Position numbers and translations under genes: made by a program. A DNA stretch of 64,000 nt, taken from positions 172,484,001-172,548,000 of the forward strand of contig OZ024740.1 of assembly GCA_964016885.1 (NCBI GenBank), read 5' to 3'. The notes under the pieces are model-generated. The model saw only the letters and a program-made list of their open reading frames with translations, made no database searches and was not told the DNA's origin. Each line of letters begins with the position of its first letter. Position 1 is the stretch's first letter. The DNA is from Eledone cirrhosa (taxonomy: Eukaryota). This document shows, piece after piece, positions 40,812-56,468 of the stretch.

Positions 40812-40922
40812 TATATATATGTGTGTGTATGTATGTGTGTGTGTATGTGTGTATATGTGTGTATGTATGTGTGTGTGTGTGCGTGCGTGCGAGTCTGTGT
40901 GTGTGTGTGTGTGTGCGTGCGA

Positions 40923-40984
<62 letters not shown>

Positions 40985-41668
40985 AGTCGATTGACAAGAT
41001 CCCAGACCTCACTCGCTTAACGAGTCGGATGGAGCTTGTCAAATCGGACCGATGAAACAATGTTTTCATTGGTCTTTCCAATTGCTAACACTATATATCA
41101 GTCGCCTGTATCAGGCTATTCTAAAAAGGGATATCGAAGCGCTAGGATACACAACTAATATGTAAGGATTTACTGTTATCAATAGACCCCCAGTGGTCTA
41201 CAGCCAGAGACATCGGAGCACTCCACTACAGAACAAGCTATGTAAAGATTCACCACTATTCAACAGAGCCCATGAGGTCTACAGATACACCCAGAGCGAT
41301 TGGAACTCTGCTATACAGAACACAAATGTGGAAGATTCACCGCTGTATGCAGTTCACGGTATTTCTCAGTTACTACAGACCATTCAGAGTTATACATACC
41401 ATATCTCTACCACGGTCTCCAAATTCCAACAACAACAACAATAATTATCTATCGCTCTCTGTTTTCACACCAACAACAACAGACTACAACAGCCTACACA
41501 TCAACAACAAAATAATATTGTCAATCTTTGCAACTTATGGTAACTTGCTTATTGTACCTTTTAATTGATTCACGTGAAGTAAACTATATATAACCAAATC
41601 CTTTATTCTTATATTCTTATATTCCTATTTCTCGTTATTACATTTATTCATTATTATTACATCTAACA

Positions 41669-41850
41669 GTGAATTGGCAGTATCGCTAGAGGGTCAAACG
41701 CCATGCTTTCCAGCATAGTTACGTCCCTTTACGGTCTGAGTTCAAATCCCGTCGAGGTTAACTTTACCTTTCATCCTTACGGGGTCGATAAAATAAAGTA
41801 CCAGTACTGGGTAATTGCTGGCCTTGTGCCAAAAAGTAGAACAATTATTA
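41669..41850 (+). mobile_element. Major SINE with target-site duplication
   Basis: ATTATTACATCTAACA on both sides. Confidence 0.85.
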
Positions 41851-42411
41851 CATCTAACAACTTTGTTATAATCATTTCTAATAACCACATATAACCATCT
41901 AACATTCCATTATAACCATTCGTTTTAAAAAAAATTACACGCTGCCTATTTGATCTGATCATGGCTTTATTTGCCAACCTCAGCAATATACAGTTACCAA
42001 ACACTTTCAATTGCTTCGTAACCTCCAACAACAATAACGGACAATTACTACTAGCTTCCTAGCAAGAAAACCATCATATAGGGAAGAGAAAATCCAACTT
42101 TTTTTTTTAAAGAACAATTATAAAAATATATATATATATTTTTTTACAGGTTGTATATGAATGTCATTTTTATTTTTTTTTATTTTTTTATTCGTTTTTC
42201 TGTATTATATGCCTGTATGAATAACACGTTTTGCATCAAACAAGTATAATTTTATCAATATAAATATACCCATCAATTAAATTAATTTATATTCTTTTCA
42301 TGGATGTATTTTTTTCACTAATACTCTTATCGTAAAATTTAATCTCCTTAGATATTTGCATTGGCATTACTGTTTTATAACAGCAACTGTTCGTATACCT
42401 TTCACTGACCT

Positions 42412-42861
42412 GACCTATTTTCACCCCTAAAAAAACCTTCTCATTCTTCACACTCCATTCAAAACTGAAATCTACCTTCATCTACCCCTAAAATAAACTT
42501 CAATTACTACTATTTTACCATTTGGCCAATTATTAACTCTCTATTGGTTAATTCTAAACCTGTTACCAAACAGACAGACTATATTAAATCTTTGTTGGTT
42601 TAATTCAATGAACAAATATAATTATTTCTGAGGTCAACATACGACCTATTTTCATCCCTAAAATATTCTTTCATTCATAATATTCTTTTCCATCCAAAAC
42701 TGAAATCTACCTTCCTCTACCCATAAATTAAGGTTCTCTTACTACTAGATTGCTGTCTTGACCTTCACTTTCTTTCTATTGGTCAATTCAAAACCTGTTC
42801 CCAAACAGACCTATTGTATTAAATCTTTGTCTTTTCAATAAACAAATATCATTATTTCTGA
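42412..42861. repeat. Diverged tandem duplication, ~230 bp unit
   Basis: GACCTATTTTCA.CCCTAAAA, AAAACTGAAATCTACCTTC, AAACCTGTT.CCAAACAGAC each occur twice in the same order. Confidence 0.8.
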
Positions 42862-43179
42862 ATACAGCATATATATGTGTAGGTATGTATATTCCCTCTG
42901 ATAGTTTGTATAAATATTTTACATAGATCTATAGAATATGCATACCAACACTAACACATATATATCCTAGAAACGATCGTAAAATGATGAATTTTTTTAA
43001 TATAAGGAACTATTTCTTTGTTTATTCATTACTTTATTAATTTATCGTGACTCTGTTTTCTGTTAATTTTCACCGAAAATTGTTTTTGAATGCATCTTCT
43101 CTTTTCATGATATCCGGATTACATTGAGTTCTTCATACGGATTGGACACTACCGTAAATTCTTGGTAGATTTATCTATC

Positions 43180-43229
<50 letters not shown>

Positions 43230-43545
43230 CGTGTGTTCGTGTGTGTGTGTGGATGTGAGTCTGTAAACATTCATAGGTACAATCATATAAACAAAACTGA
43301 GGGTGGGAGAGAGATAGCGAAAGAGTGATAAAGAATGGGTGAACGATAATGGTGACTAACACACCGAAATCTGTAGAGAAAATAAAATGCTCTGAAAGAG
43401 CACCAAAGGAAGGGTATGCGAACAATATATTCTTGAAGATGTCAATGGCCATTAATAAAGATAACAAGCCATGTGGTAGATAGCATGTAGAATTATAAGT
43501 TTGTTACATATTTTACTTTTTTATTTGTTTTGTGTTGTTTAATAT

Positions 43546-43762
43546 TGGTTTCTGATTTAGGCACAAGGCCAACAATTTTGAGGGAGGGGAAAGTTGATTA
43601 AATCGACCTCAGTGCATTACTGGTACTTTATTTTATCGACCTCGTAAGGATGAAAGGCCTAGCTAACCTCGACATGATTTGAACTCAGATCATAAAGGGA
43701 CGTAAACCTATGTCATAAAGCATGTTGTTCGTCGCTCTACCGATACTGCCAATCCAACGCCC
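43546..43762 (-). mobile_element. Major SINE, longer subfamily
   Basis: Consensus match with the extra GGAGGGGAAA..GATTAAATCGAC segment also seen in two copies of the 20 kb array. Confidence 0.8.
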
Positions 43763-44330
43763 TTCTGTTGATTAATACTGCAAAAATAATTTACCTTTCT
43801 TGAAAAAGTAACATCCAATCTCATTCTATTCTCATCTGATGAAAGTATAAATATGACGTCCACCTGAAAATTGAACACCGCTATGTGATATCAATTTTAT
43901 CGTCATTCATTTCTAAGGAAACACCAATAACTTTCTATGGTAGTAATGAGTAGCAGCTTATACTCGTGTTTTTCTTCGTTTTTCTGTTATTCCTCTCGTT
44001 CGTTCTTTCATCCTTTCTTTCTTTCCGTATTTACTAGTTTCTTATTTTCGTTATGATTCTTGCAATATTATCTACACCCTTATCTATCTGTAACAGTTTC
44101 CTCAACATTTTCCTCGACACACATACACAGACGTACATACATACACATCATACAAATATACATACATACATTCATAAATACATACATACATACATATGTA
44201 CATGAATATCTAGAAGAAGAAGAAGACGAAGAAGAAGAAGAAGAAGGTAATTGAAAATCGGTGATTCAAGTATATATATGTATATATATCACACAGATAA
44301 ATACACAAACTCACGCACATATACAGACAG

Positions 44331-44446
<116 letters not shown>

Positions 44447-44639
44447 ACACACATACACACACACACACACAAACAAACACATATATATATATGATGGCTG
44501 CCCCCTCGTTATCGAGTATAGCCATTGCACGATATGCCATTATTAATAATTATTAATTAATTCTATCGTGCAATGCCTGTGCGTGAAGATATTTTTTAAA
44601 GTGAGGAAAGACTGTGCACTGAGCCAATCCCACTCTCTG

Positions 44640-44845
44640 AGCGACAGTAGCTATAACCCGAAAAGAAGAAAAGATCAACATCATCAGTAACTACTGAGCC
44701 GCAGGTTTTATGTCTGAGTTATCCCAGTTTCCTGAGTTGCCTTCTCCTAGAAGAATACCCTGACAAAGGCTAGGGTTCCTTCACTCCCAGTGGTTTAATC
44801 ACGCGATCGGGTGTCCAGCCCGACTTTTTCTATGTCCCCGCGCAT
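44640..44845 (-). mobile_element. RTE-like 5' UTR remnant
   Basis: AGCCTTTGTCAGGG..TCTAGGAGAAGGCAACTC..AAACC resembles a motif of RTE 5' UTRs (recalled). Confidence 0.4.
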
Positions 44846-44873
44846 ATACATACACATGTATATGTGTATATAC

Positions 44874-45077
44874 ATATTTACACACTTTTGGATGGCCGTT
44901 GACTGTTATGAGTTCTTCCGCCCTTTATCAGATTTTGTTTTTTGTCCTGCAGGGTGTCCAAAATCCTCCTCCTTACCAAGTAAACTTGGTGGGGTTGCCG
45001 GTTTAGTCGCCGACGACCCGACCATGCGACAGATTGTACTGGGTTACATGTTACCAGTAGCACTCATGAGTGACCCG

Positions 45078-45129
<52 letters not shown>

Positions 45130-45391
45130 TGGGTCACTCATGAGTGCTACCGGTAACATGTAACCCAGTACAACCTGTCGCATATGGCGGGTCACTCATG
45201 AGTGCTACTGGTAACATGTAACCCAGTACAACCTGTCGCATGGTCGGATCGTCGGCGACTAAACCGGCAACCCCACCAAGTTTACTTAGTGAGGAGGGTG
45301 ATTTGGGACACGCTGCAGGACAAAAAACAAAATCTGATAAAGGGCGGAAGAACTCATAAGAGTTCAACGGCCATCCAAAGGTGTGTAAATA
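44874..45391. repeat. Head-to-head inverted pair of a ~205 bp element around (TA)n, with a ~58 bp tandem partial copy
   Basis: 44874-45078 mirrors 45187-45391; 45127-45184 repeats the start of the right arm. Confidence 0.9.
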
Positions 45392-45541
45392 CATATATAT
45401 ATATATATATATGTGGAAGTTCTATTTAGATTGTTGGGATACAACAAGCAAATATTTTTTTATAACTAATATAAAGCACTCGACAAATCATTGGAGTAAA
45501 AATACGATATATTAACAAATGGAAACTATATTTATAAAACC

Positions 45542-45612
45542 ATATTTATTTCATTATACATATTTCAAGGACACCAAGTTAAATTATGGTGTGCTTTCAT
45601 CAGATAAAATAT
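45542..45612 (-). ncRNA. Type I hammerhead ribozyme motif, family B (diverged copy)
   Basis: TATTTTAT-CTGATGA-AAGCACACCA(taatttaact)TGGTGTCCTT-GAAA-TATGTA-TA-ATGAAATA; 45430-45650 is homologous to 30665-30890. Confidence 0.78.
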
Positions 45613-46037
45613 AAAATAGATCAGTTTTATAAATAAATATTGACATACCCTTAAAGAATGCGACCATTTCTGTTGGAAGCTCCCGGATAGTGGGGTTATA
45701 AATTTATTTATATTATTATGCAAATTAGTGTCGGATATTTTTAAATCACAGTAGATTTAAAATAAGCCGTTGGGGTATGGAGTGAGGGAAAGAGAAAAAA
45801 GAAAAAAAGCAGCTTTAAGAGGAAAATAAGAAAACAAGAAAAAGAGAAAGAGAGAAAGAGAAGAAAAAAGAAAAGAGAAAAGAGAAAGCGAAAGAGAAAC
45901 AGAAAGCCCTAAGTGATAGGTTGTTGTATTAGCATAACGTTTAAGATGAAGTGAAAAAATACATATTTTTGGATGAGTAAAGAAAATAAGTAAATAAGCG
46001 TGAATGGAAGTAAGCGTAAATAAGTAAATAAGCGTGA

Positions 46038-46132
<95 letters not shown>

Positions 46133-46145
46133 TATATATATATAT

Positions 46146-46740
46146 AAACGTAAGTATGCATGTATGTATACGTACATACATATATGTATACAGATGTACA
46201 GTAGTATGTATATATATACATATATGCACGTATCGGTTTACCGAACATGTATTATAATGCTCGGTTTGTTTGTTTGTAAACAAACAAACAGCCCGAATTA
46301 CGCTGTACAGTGTTTAGGCAACCACGTCACCTTTTTGTTCAACACTGGCAAATTAGGCTGCTCAGCCGTTAATATGCATAGCGAAAGTATATACTTTCAG
46401 ACGTTCAACCATCTGGCAGGAAGGTAAACGATGCTGACGATAGCTAATAAGCTTGAAACTAGTACATCGTTCCTGTGTCAGTGTTGAACACAAAGGTGAC
46501 GTGGTTGCCTAAACACTGTACGGCGTAATTCGGGCTGTTTGTTTGTTTACAAACAAACCGAGCATTGTTATAAATGGTCGGTAAACCGATACGTGCATAT
46601 ATATATCTGTGCATGTATGTATATATATACATATTACTGTACGTCTGTATACATATATGTATGTACGTATACATACATGCATACTTACGTTTTAGTAACT
46701 GCCGTACTAAGAGTGAGAAATGAAATTTCGTTTCATTCTA
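46146..46740. mobile_element. Non-coding foldback element with hammerhead family E, copy 2
   Basis: Inverted arms 46146-46348 / ~46478-46692; same 3' tail GCCGTACTAAGAGTGAGAAATGAAATTTCGTTTCATTCTA as copy 1. Confidence 0.8.
46417..46475 (+). ncRNA. Type I hammerhead ribozyme motif, family E
   Basis: CAGG-aaggta-AACGATG-CTGACGA-tAGC(taataa)GCTt-GAAA-CTAG-TA-CATCGTT-CCTG: 7 bp stem I, bulge, distal 4 bp, palindromic stem III, GUA triplet. Confidence 0.85.
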
Positions 46741-46741
46741 T

Positions 46742-46833
<92 letters not shown>

Positions 46834-46880
46834 TGTGTGTGTGTATATATATATATTTATTAAAGTTTAAGCAAAGAATC

Positions 46881-46990
<110 letters not shown>

Positions 46991-47116
46991 GTATATATAC
47001 ACACACACATATATATATATATATAGTAATAATAATAAATTTGATAACTAAAATCCAAAGAGGGCTCGATAAGGATAAATATATATCAAATATATAAGAA
47101 CCTTAGAGCAAATATT

Positions 47117-47190
47117 TATTAAAATAACAGATTAAAGATTAAGCAAAGAATCGTTAAGCAGTGATTCTTTGCTTAAACTTTAATCTGTTA

Positions 47191-47198
<8 letters not shown>
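47117..47198. repeat. Inverted repeat, 36 bp arms, 10 bp spacer
   Basis: TATTAAAATAACAGATTAAAGATTAAGCAAAGAATC / GATTCTTTGCTTAAACTTTAATCTGTTATTTTAATA. Confidence 0.85.
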
Positions 47199-47285
<87 letters not shown>

Positions 47286-47724
47286 TTCTATATATAAAAA
47301 ATATAAGATATTAATGTATAGATAAGAGATTAAGAAGTTCGCTATCTTTGGTTATAAATATATATATTTAACAACGTCAGTTAAATTCTTGAAGTAAAAA
47401 AACCAACGTACTAGACTACAAAATATATGTTTAAGCTGCAAGAATGGAACGGAGTATAAATTGGTCAGTGATACTTTGCGTGAAACAGAAAAATGTATTA
47501 CTTTCTTATTGAATTGCATCTGATTTATGTCATAACGGTACTTCAATCAACAAAACTTGTAGAGTTCCAGTCTTCCACCTGTTGTTTAAGTACCTTAATA
47601 TATGCTATTCAGATATTCAAGAATTCCTGTGAACTCGAAAAAACGTCAACATGAAACTACGGCACACGCATTCACAAATAACATACGCACCCACACGCAC
47701 ACGCACACGCACACACACATGTCC

Positions 47725-47756
<32 letters not shown>

Positions 47757-47759
<3 letters not shown>

Positions 47760-47972
47760 GGAACGAGTAGGACCCCAACGGCTGAGCTCAAGCCGTTTCG
47801 ACGGCTAATTCTGGACTAAAATTCTGGTCCATTTTAGTCCAGAATTAGCCGTCGAAACAGCTTGAGCTCAGCCGTCGGGGTCCTACTCGTTCCTATTACC
47901 CACTCTACTACCCTAAGTATTGAGTACTTTGGTGCGTTATGGTCCACCTGGTTCCTTACCACATTTCCTTCG

Positions 47973-47975
<3 letters not shown>
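47757..47975. repeat. Foldback (~65 bp arms) of the repeat also found at 31155-31306
   Basis: 47757-47822 mirrors 47831-47896; (TA)n flanks. Confidence 0.85.
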
Positions 47976-48006
<31 letters not shown>

Positions 48007-48920
48007 TAATATATGATAAACACTTACGTGTTTTTGTTGTAATTGACAATAAAATAGCTAGAATGAAATATCTTAATTCAAATACATATAGTCTGCCTGT
48101 GTCGATCTAAAAAATAATAAATCAATACTCACAAACACATATCGGCAAAAGGCCTATATATATATATATATATATATTAAGAAGAATGATGAAGTTTTGT
48201 GTTACATGTATTTAGTTTGTTTTATTGTGTATCGAGAATTGGCTCAATTTGACCCATAGAAGTTATGGAGCCGACTCTATTATCGATCTTCTCTTCAGAC
48301 TAGTGCTCATTTTCATACCACCACCAGTAATTCACTGGATCATATACACTATATACACACACGCACATGCGCGCGCGCGTGCAAATTATAACGAAAAATT
48401 GCTACAGAACCGTCTACAGGAATCTAACTACGCATCTGCCATATACTGGACAAATGCTAAAGTACTCCGACAGAGATTTTAATCTGAAATTTAGCGTATA
48501 TGAATGCTTTACTGCTAATGTTCTTTTTTTTTGCCTCACTGTCATATCATATGGCATTGAACAGAACGCGCGCAGTCACTTAATCACCATGGACGAACTA
48601 ACCCTATCGCTGATCGTCAAGTGATATGCCTGTAGAAACATCCTTGTAATATAATTCAGTAAGGTATTCATATGCATTAAATTAGAGGGTCGTCAAAACC
48701 TTGTGCTCTATGCAGTTGCCTGGTAAATAGGAAAAGCATGGTTCGATTCGCGTGGACGATTCTGTCCCATTTTTCTGTCGTATTTCGCGCCTATAAAATG
48801 CACTATTTAAGTTTAAGTTTACTATAAAAACTATCTTAACCGTTATATTATATATACGGTCACCGAATTAAAGAAAAAAGAATAAAACTTCGCTGTTATT
48901 ATTAGTGAAAGTGGATTATT

Positions 48921-49113
48921 AGGGCGGTGGATTGGCAGTATCGGTAGAGGGTCGGACGCCATGCTTTGACGTATAGAGTTACGGCCCTTGCCATTCTGAG
49001 TTCAAATCCCGCCGAGGTTAACTTTGCCTTTCATCCTTACGGGGTCGATAAAATAAAGTACCAGTAATGTACTGGGTAATTGCTGGCCTTGTGCCAAAAG
49101 TAGAAATAATTAT
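48921..49113 (+). mobile_element. Major tRNA-derived SINE, near-consensus copy
   Basis: A box TGGCAGTATCGG, B box GAGTTCAAATCC, consensus body, ATT tail. Confidence 0.9.
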
Positions 49114-49394
49114 TAATGAAAGTGAATGTGAGACATTTTATGGGTAAAATGACGTATTAAAAATCCGTAAACTTACTAGTAGATACAGGCACACATGGCC
49201 ATTATTGGCAGAGTGGAAAATAGTTGGCTAGGAAAAATTATATGACTTAAGTTATTGTGGATGCAATTCAGGATCTTTTCTGTTTTTAGCTGAAGATATA
49301 TGGCATCTCTTTATGGTGCAATGATTACAGAGATTATTATTTCCCTAATATTTTACGGTACCATAGGCAATGAGGGTTATCTGAGCTGCGGTTG

Positions 49395-49561
49395 CAGTAT
49401 CGGATTTACCAGTGTGCTTTGGTGTGCTTAAGCACAGGGCCTCGTTGGCAAAGGGGACCCATCTTCCTGCCAAAAATGTTTTTTTACCTCCTTCAGGGCC
49501 TAAGTAAGGGGCCTCATAACTTAATTAGCACAGGGCCTCATTTGTCCTAAATCCGGCACTG
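49395..49561. mobile_element. MITE-like element, possibly hAT
   Basis: TIRs CAGTATCGGATTTA / TAAATCCGGCACTG; internal AGCACAGGGCCTC repeats; no clear TSD. Confidence 0.55.
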
Positions 49562-49867
49562 TAGTTGTTGCTAGTTGAAATAAAAAGAAAAAGAATTATT
49601 TATCTAACATACTTTAGCTGTAGAAATTATTATTTTTAAATTACGAAGGGTAATCTAAGTTAATTGAAATGTTTCAGTTCACTGTATTAGATGTACGGGA
49701 CTCTACAATATGTACCTGTGTGTTTGAGTACGTGTATAATGTAAACAATAGCTACTTGTCTAATAACTATTGTTTGTATTACATTAAACTCTGCAAGTTA
49801 CACACTATATAGTGCCTACTTACTATTCTTTCCACTTTGATATACATTATACACCCCCCCCCCCACA

Positions 49868-51679
<1,812 letters not shown>

Positions 51680-51688
51680 GCTATATAT

Positions 51689-51879
<191 letters not shown>

Positions 51880-52465
51880 TATGTGAGCTTTTGACGGGAA
51901 TGAAAAGATTGATTCTTTTAGCTTCCCGCCGCCACGCAAAGTTTGGAAATCAGTGGCTAGTTGAGAGATAGAATCTTATCGGGTGCCAGTTGCTAATCGC
52001 TTTACCGTGTCAGTCGTCACAGTCAGTCATGACCGACATGGGCTGGTGTTCGGATTCTGTCGATCGATTGGTTATTGATTAGGCGATACCCGCTGATGAA
52101 GCCGCATAAGCCGATTGTGCATTGTTGCATAATATATGCAGACGGATGGTGCAGTGCACCTTACTGCTGCATTAGTGCGGCATAAACTCGAGTCCGGGAA
52201 CCATTATAGGCACTCGTTTTACGTGTGTTGTGTTGAAGCAAATAACTATGTGTATACTCTGGGAATGTATCTTACATTGCCCATGGAGTACGCTGAGATA
52301 CAACCGGTACTGGCATTGATAAATATGCTGGGTCCGTCAACTCCTTATTATATATGAGTTCAAATCTCGCCAAGGTCAACTTTGCCTTTCATCCTTACGG
52401 GGTCGATAAAATAAAGTACCAATAATGCACTGGGTAATTGCTGGCCTTGTGCCAAAAGTAGAAAC

Positions 52466-52506
<41 letters not shown>

Positions 52507-52959
52507 TGTGTGTATGCGTTCTTGTGTGTCTATATGCAAGTTACATGCCATGTAGTGCTTAGTTACTACTCATTCTTATTTCCTTCATTACATATTTTAA
52601 CATTCTGTATTTACAACATCAAAAGAAACAAAATTCTCATTCACACAGATCTCTATTTCAACAATTATTTCCTCTGTTCTGTCGTCTTTCGTATTTACCT
52701 GACTTTCCTTCATTCTTCTTTTTCTCTCTATTTTATCCATTCTTTCTCTCATTGTCTCCCTTTCTTATAACTTTCTTTTATTTTCTTACATTCCGTCTAG
52801 TTTTTTTTCTTTTTTTTACATTGTACGTTTTATTTTTCTTCTTTTATAATTCCCTGTATTTCTAAGCTTCTCTATTATTATGTTTTACCTTCTCATCTTC
52901 TCTTTCGGGTTCTTTATTTCACACGTTCTTTATTTATTTACAGTTCCTTGGTGAAAAGC

Positions 52960-53230
52960 ACACTGCCTAGAGGTTAAGTTGTTGAGCTCAAGATCACAAG
53001 ACTTCAGGTTCGAGTCGCCAGGCTGTACGTTATATTCTTGTGTAAGAAATTTCATTTTCTATCCACTCAACTGAAAAATTGAATCTCAGTAGCCGCAACA
53101 GCTGGAGTTTATCTTGTCACTGACTGGCAGTCCGTCAAAGCGGTAGTCATGTTTTCTCTGTCTTTTAACTCCTCATAAAATCAGGATGAGCTTAATCCAG
53201 ATGACTCTCTAACCTGGAGACCGACTTATA
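52960..53230 (+). mobile_element. Old tRNA-derived SINE, different family
   Basis: B box GGTTCGAGTC followed by a diverged SINE-like body. Confidence 0.45.
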
Positions 53231-55656
53231 TTTTCTTGTTTTTTCATTTTATTTTGAATTTTTCTTTTGTTTATTTTTTTCGGTTTTATCTTATTTTTTT
53301 TTTTTTTAAGCAGCGAATTGACAGAATAGATTAAATGCTTCGGTGTTTTATCCAGCTCTCAGTTGACTGAGTTTAAATCTCGTCGAGATCATCTATGCTT
53401 TTCATCCTTTCGGGGTCAATAAAGTAGCAGTCTTGGTATGGTGGATGAGCAAAATTGTTAAAGTGTCGGACGGGATACTTTGCGGTGTCTGCATTCTCAG
53501 TTCAAATCCTGCCTTTTTCTGCCTCGAGTTGTAATCAACTGATAGTCTCATCAATGTAAAGACCGATTGAAACAGTTACCTTAGTCTTTGTCAATTTCCC
53601 TTTCTTTCTTATTTTCATCTTTTTTTTATTTTTTACTTTTTTCCAACTTTCCTTTTTTTTAAATCTTATATTGTATTTTAATTGTATTTGTATCCCTAGT
53701 TGTCTCATACATTAATACAGAACTTACTCTAAGTAGACCACTAGTGATTCTCGTCAAACGTTTAGAAGACCATAGTAAGTTTCATAAGATGAAAGGAATC
53801 ACTATTTTATATTTTTCTGTTTTGAATCAAAAGTAAATTTACATATATCTTATACAATACATAGTTAATTACTTAATTTCAATTATTTATGACCTACTAC
53901 GTTATATAATAAATTAGAAATGAATTTACATGTATCTTATTCAAAATGCCTCATTATTTTTATCTAAAAGGTTTGGTAGTCAACGGCGACTTTGATAAGA
54001 CTAATGAAATCACTAATTTTATTTTTACATATGACAATCTTACATCTCTGTCATAAGTAAAATTCCACGCATCTTATACAATGCCTCCACTAACCCTAAC
54101 CTACAGTGCTGCACAAACTTACAGAAGGAGGTACACAAACAAGAAGGAAATATATAGTAGCCCAGTGTTGCACAAACTTTATGGAGGGTGGTACACAAAA
54201 TTCACGAAGAAAACATCATAGACTACCAAATATAAATTTAATTTTAATTGCATTATGACATAAATATTTTAAATTAAGAAATAATTGTTTCTACTTTTGG
54301 CACAAGGCCAGCAATTACTCAGTACATTATTGGTACTTTATTTTATCGACCCTGTAAGGATGAAAGGCAAAGTTAACCTCGGCGAGATTTGAACTCAGCC
54401 CTTGCCATTCTGAGTTCTAATATATTTCCTTCTTTTTTGTGTACCACCTTCTATAAAGTTTGTACAACACTGGGCTATTATATATTTCATTCTTGTTTAA
54501 AATGTTTTCCACGTTTGTATGTTTTCTATTATATTCTTCCTTGCAAACCTTCTTGTTTCTTTTTTTCTATTTCTTCCGCCACTTCTTTATAATTTTATTC
54601 ATTTTTTCGTTCATTCATTCATCCATTCTTTCATGTTTCTCTTTCGCAACCACAATCATGTTTTGAATTATATGAAACTGATTCATTACAAAGAAAATCT
54701 GCTCTCTGACACTCTAGGACGAAAATTGTTTGATATGGTTGTTGTAATTGTTGTTGTAGCTGATGGAGCGGGCACATGGTTAAAGGCATTCGAGTCATGA
54801 GCTTTGAGTCTTTTTTGTTTGGGTTTTTGGCGGATGGTGTAGCATATATAGGATTACATTGTAAAATTATATAGCTTAATGGTTATGGTGTTCGACTCAC
54901 GATCATGTGGTTGTACGTTTGATTCCAAAAGCGCATTATTTCTTTGAGGAAGACACTTTATTATATGTTATCCAGTACTGGAAAAAAGGAGTTGTACCTG
55001 AAGTTCAAAGGGCAAACTATTGTCACATACTGTGTCACGCTGAATCTCCCTCTAAATTACGTTGAGATCATATATGTCTGAGAAATGGAAAACTATTAGT
55101 TGTTAATCTGGCAAGAAGGTTGTTTCATCGACCAAACAACTGGAACACTCGTTGTCGAAACTGACCGAAGTTAAACGCATAGGATTACATTATCATGTGT
55201 CCTATAATTTATTAGACGGTAGGTTGTGATTTCAAGGGAGATTAGGCTGCTACGTCTTGCAGGTTGAACGACCGGGTAGAGGCTCGTTCGGTAGCTTGTA
55301 CAATGATTATAAATTTTCATGGCAAACCCACTTACATATTATTGTTAAAACAGCATTACTAAGATTACATTTTTTTAAAGACAATAAAATATACTTTAGT
55401 CCCGCTGAGTAACACCCATATTGAAGTGCTTACTGTTAATATCTATAGGATGGTACATGTCGTATTGTTGGTGGTGGCAGTCGTGGTGGTGGTGGTGGTG
55501 AAATTTGTGCTAATGGTGATGATGGCGGTGTTACTGCGGCTGCACACTCACACACAAACACATATCTTAGACTGAATCCCGGTGTCCCTCTTATTCTCTA
55601 CCACCCCCTTTCTCTCTCGATGTCTACCTCTCTTGCTCCTCCCACCTCTGTCTCTC

Positions 55657-55730
<74 letters not shown>

Positions 55731-56030
55731 CAGTAAACAATCAGTAAATAATGACGCAATTCAATCCAAGCGCCCAAGGCATGTTTTTTTCTTCCAAATA
55801 TGATTTGTCAGTCAGTGACGGAGTATATGTGAAATAAGGAAAATGAAGTTCGATGTAAATGTTAAAGAGTCCTTTATTAACAAAGCTATGATACATATTT
55901 CAATGACGATCGTGGCTATGTGATTGTTCAATCAGGTAAAGGGTCACGCAATCTCATCAGACAGTATGATTATGTAATAAGCTTACGTTTCCGAGGCAAT
56001 CTAATATAAAGACAATGGAATCATATAAAG

Positions 56031-56233
56031 CAGGCATGTAAAACTGAGGATTCCCCAAGGGCCGCATAGGTCACATATGTCTTGTCTGAGGGCCACACAT
56101 GACAACTAATTGCGCACATTACAACTAATTCTTTATATTTTATATTACGAAGATAAAACATGTTCGCGTTGTAAAAAATCCTTTGTGCGGGCCGCAGGTG
56201 TACTTGTAAAGGGCCGCATGTTTGACATGCCTG
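56031..56233. mobile_element. hAT-type MITE
   Basis: TIRs CAGGCATGTAAAAC / GTTTGACATGCCTG; 8 bp TSD ATATAAAG / ATATAGAG; GGGCCGCA subterminal repeats. Confidence 0.8.
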
Positions 56234-56348
56234 ATATAGAGTGTAGAGTGTCAATATAATAATTGTTGTTAATGGTGACTTTCTACTTTGAAATTCAGCC
56301 GATGTTAATGTCTTATTAAAGCCGTCACCTTCAATAACAATTATATAG

Positions 56349-56441
<93 letters not shown>

Positions 56442-56468
56442 CGCGAATAGTTGTATCGACAGTTTGAC

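Noticed and set aside
41161-41661. Solo LTR (TGTAA..TTACA)
   Set aside because: No target-site duplication found and no second copy in the window.
43828-43900. CTGATGA..GAAA with an ATTGA/TCAAT stem as a hammerhead
   Set aside because: Stem II is poor and stem I cannot be formed; at best a relic.
48921-49015. tRNA gene
   Set aside because: A and B boxes belong to a multicopy SINE head; no cloverleaf.
52090-52130. CTGATGA motif
   Set aside because: No stem II/GAAA arrangement.
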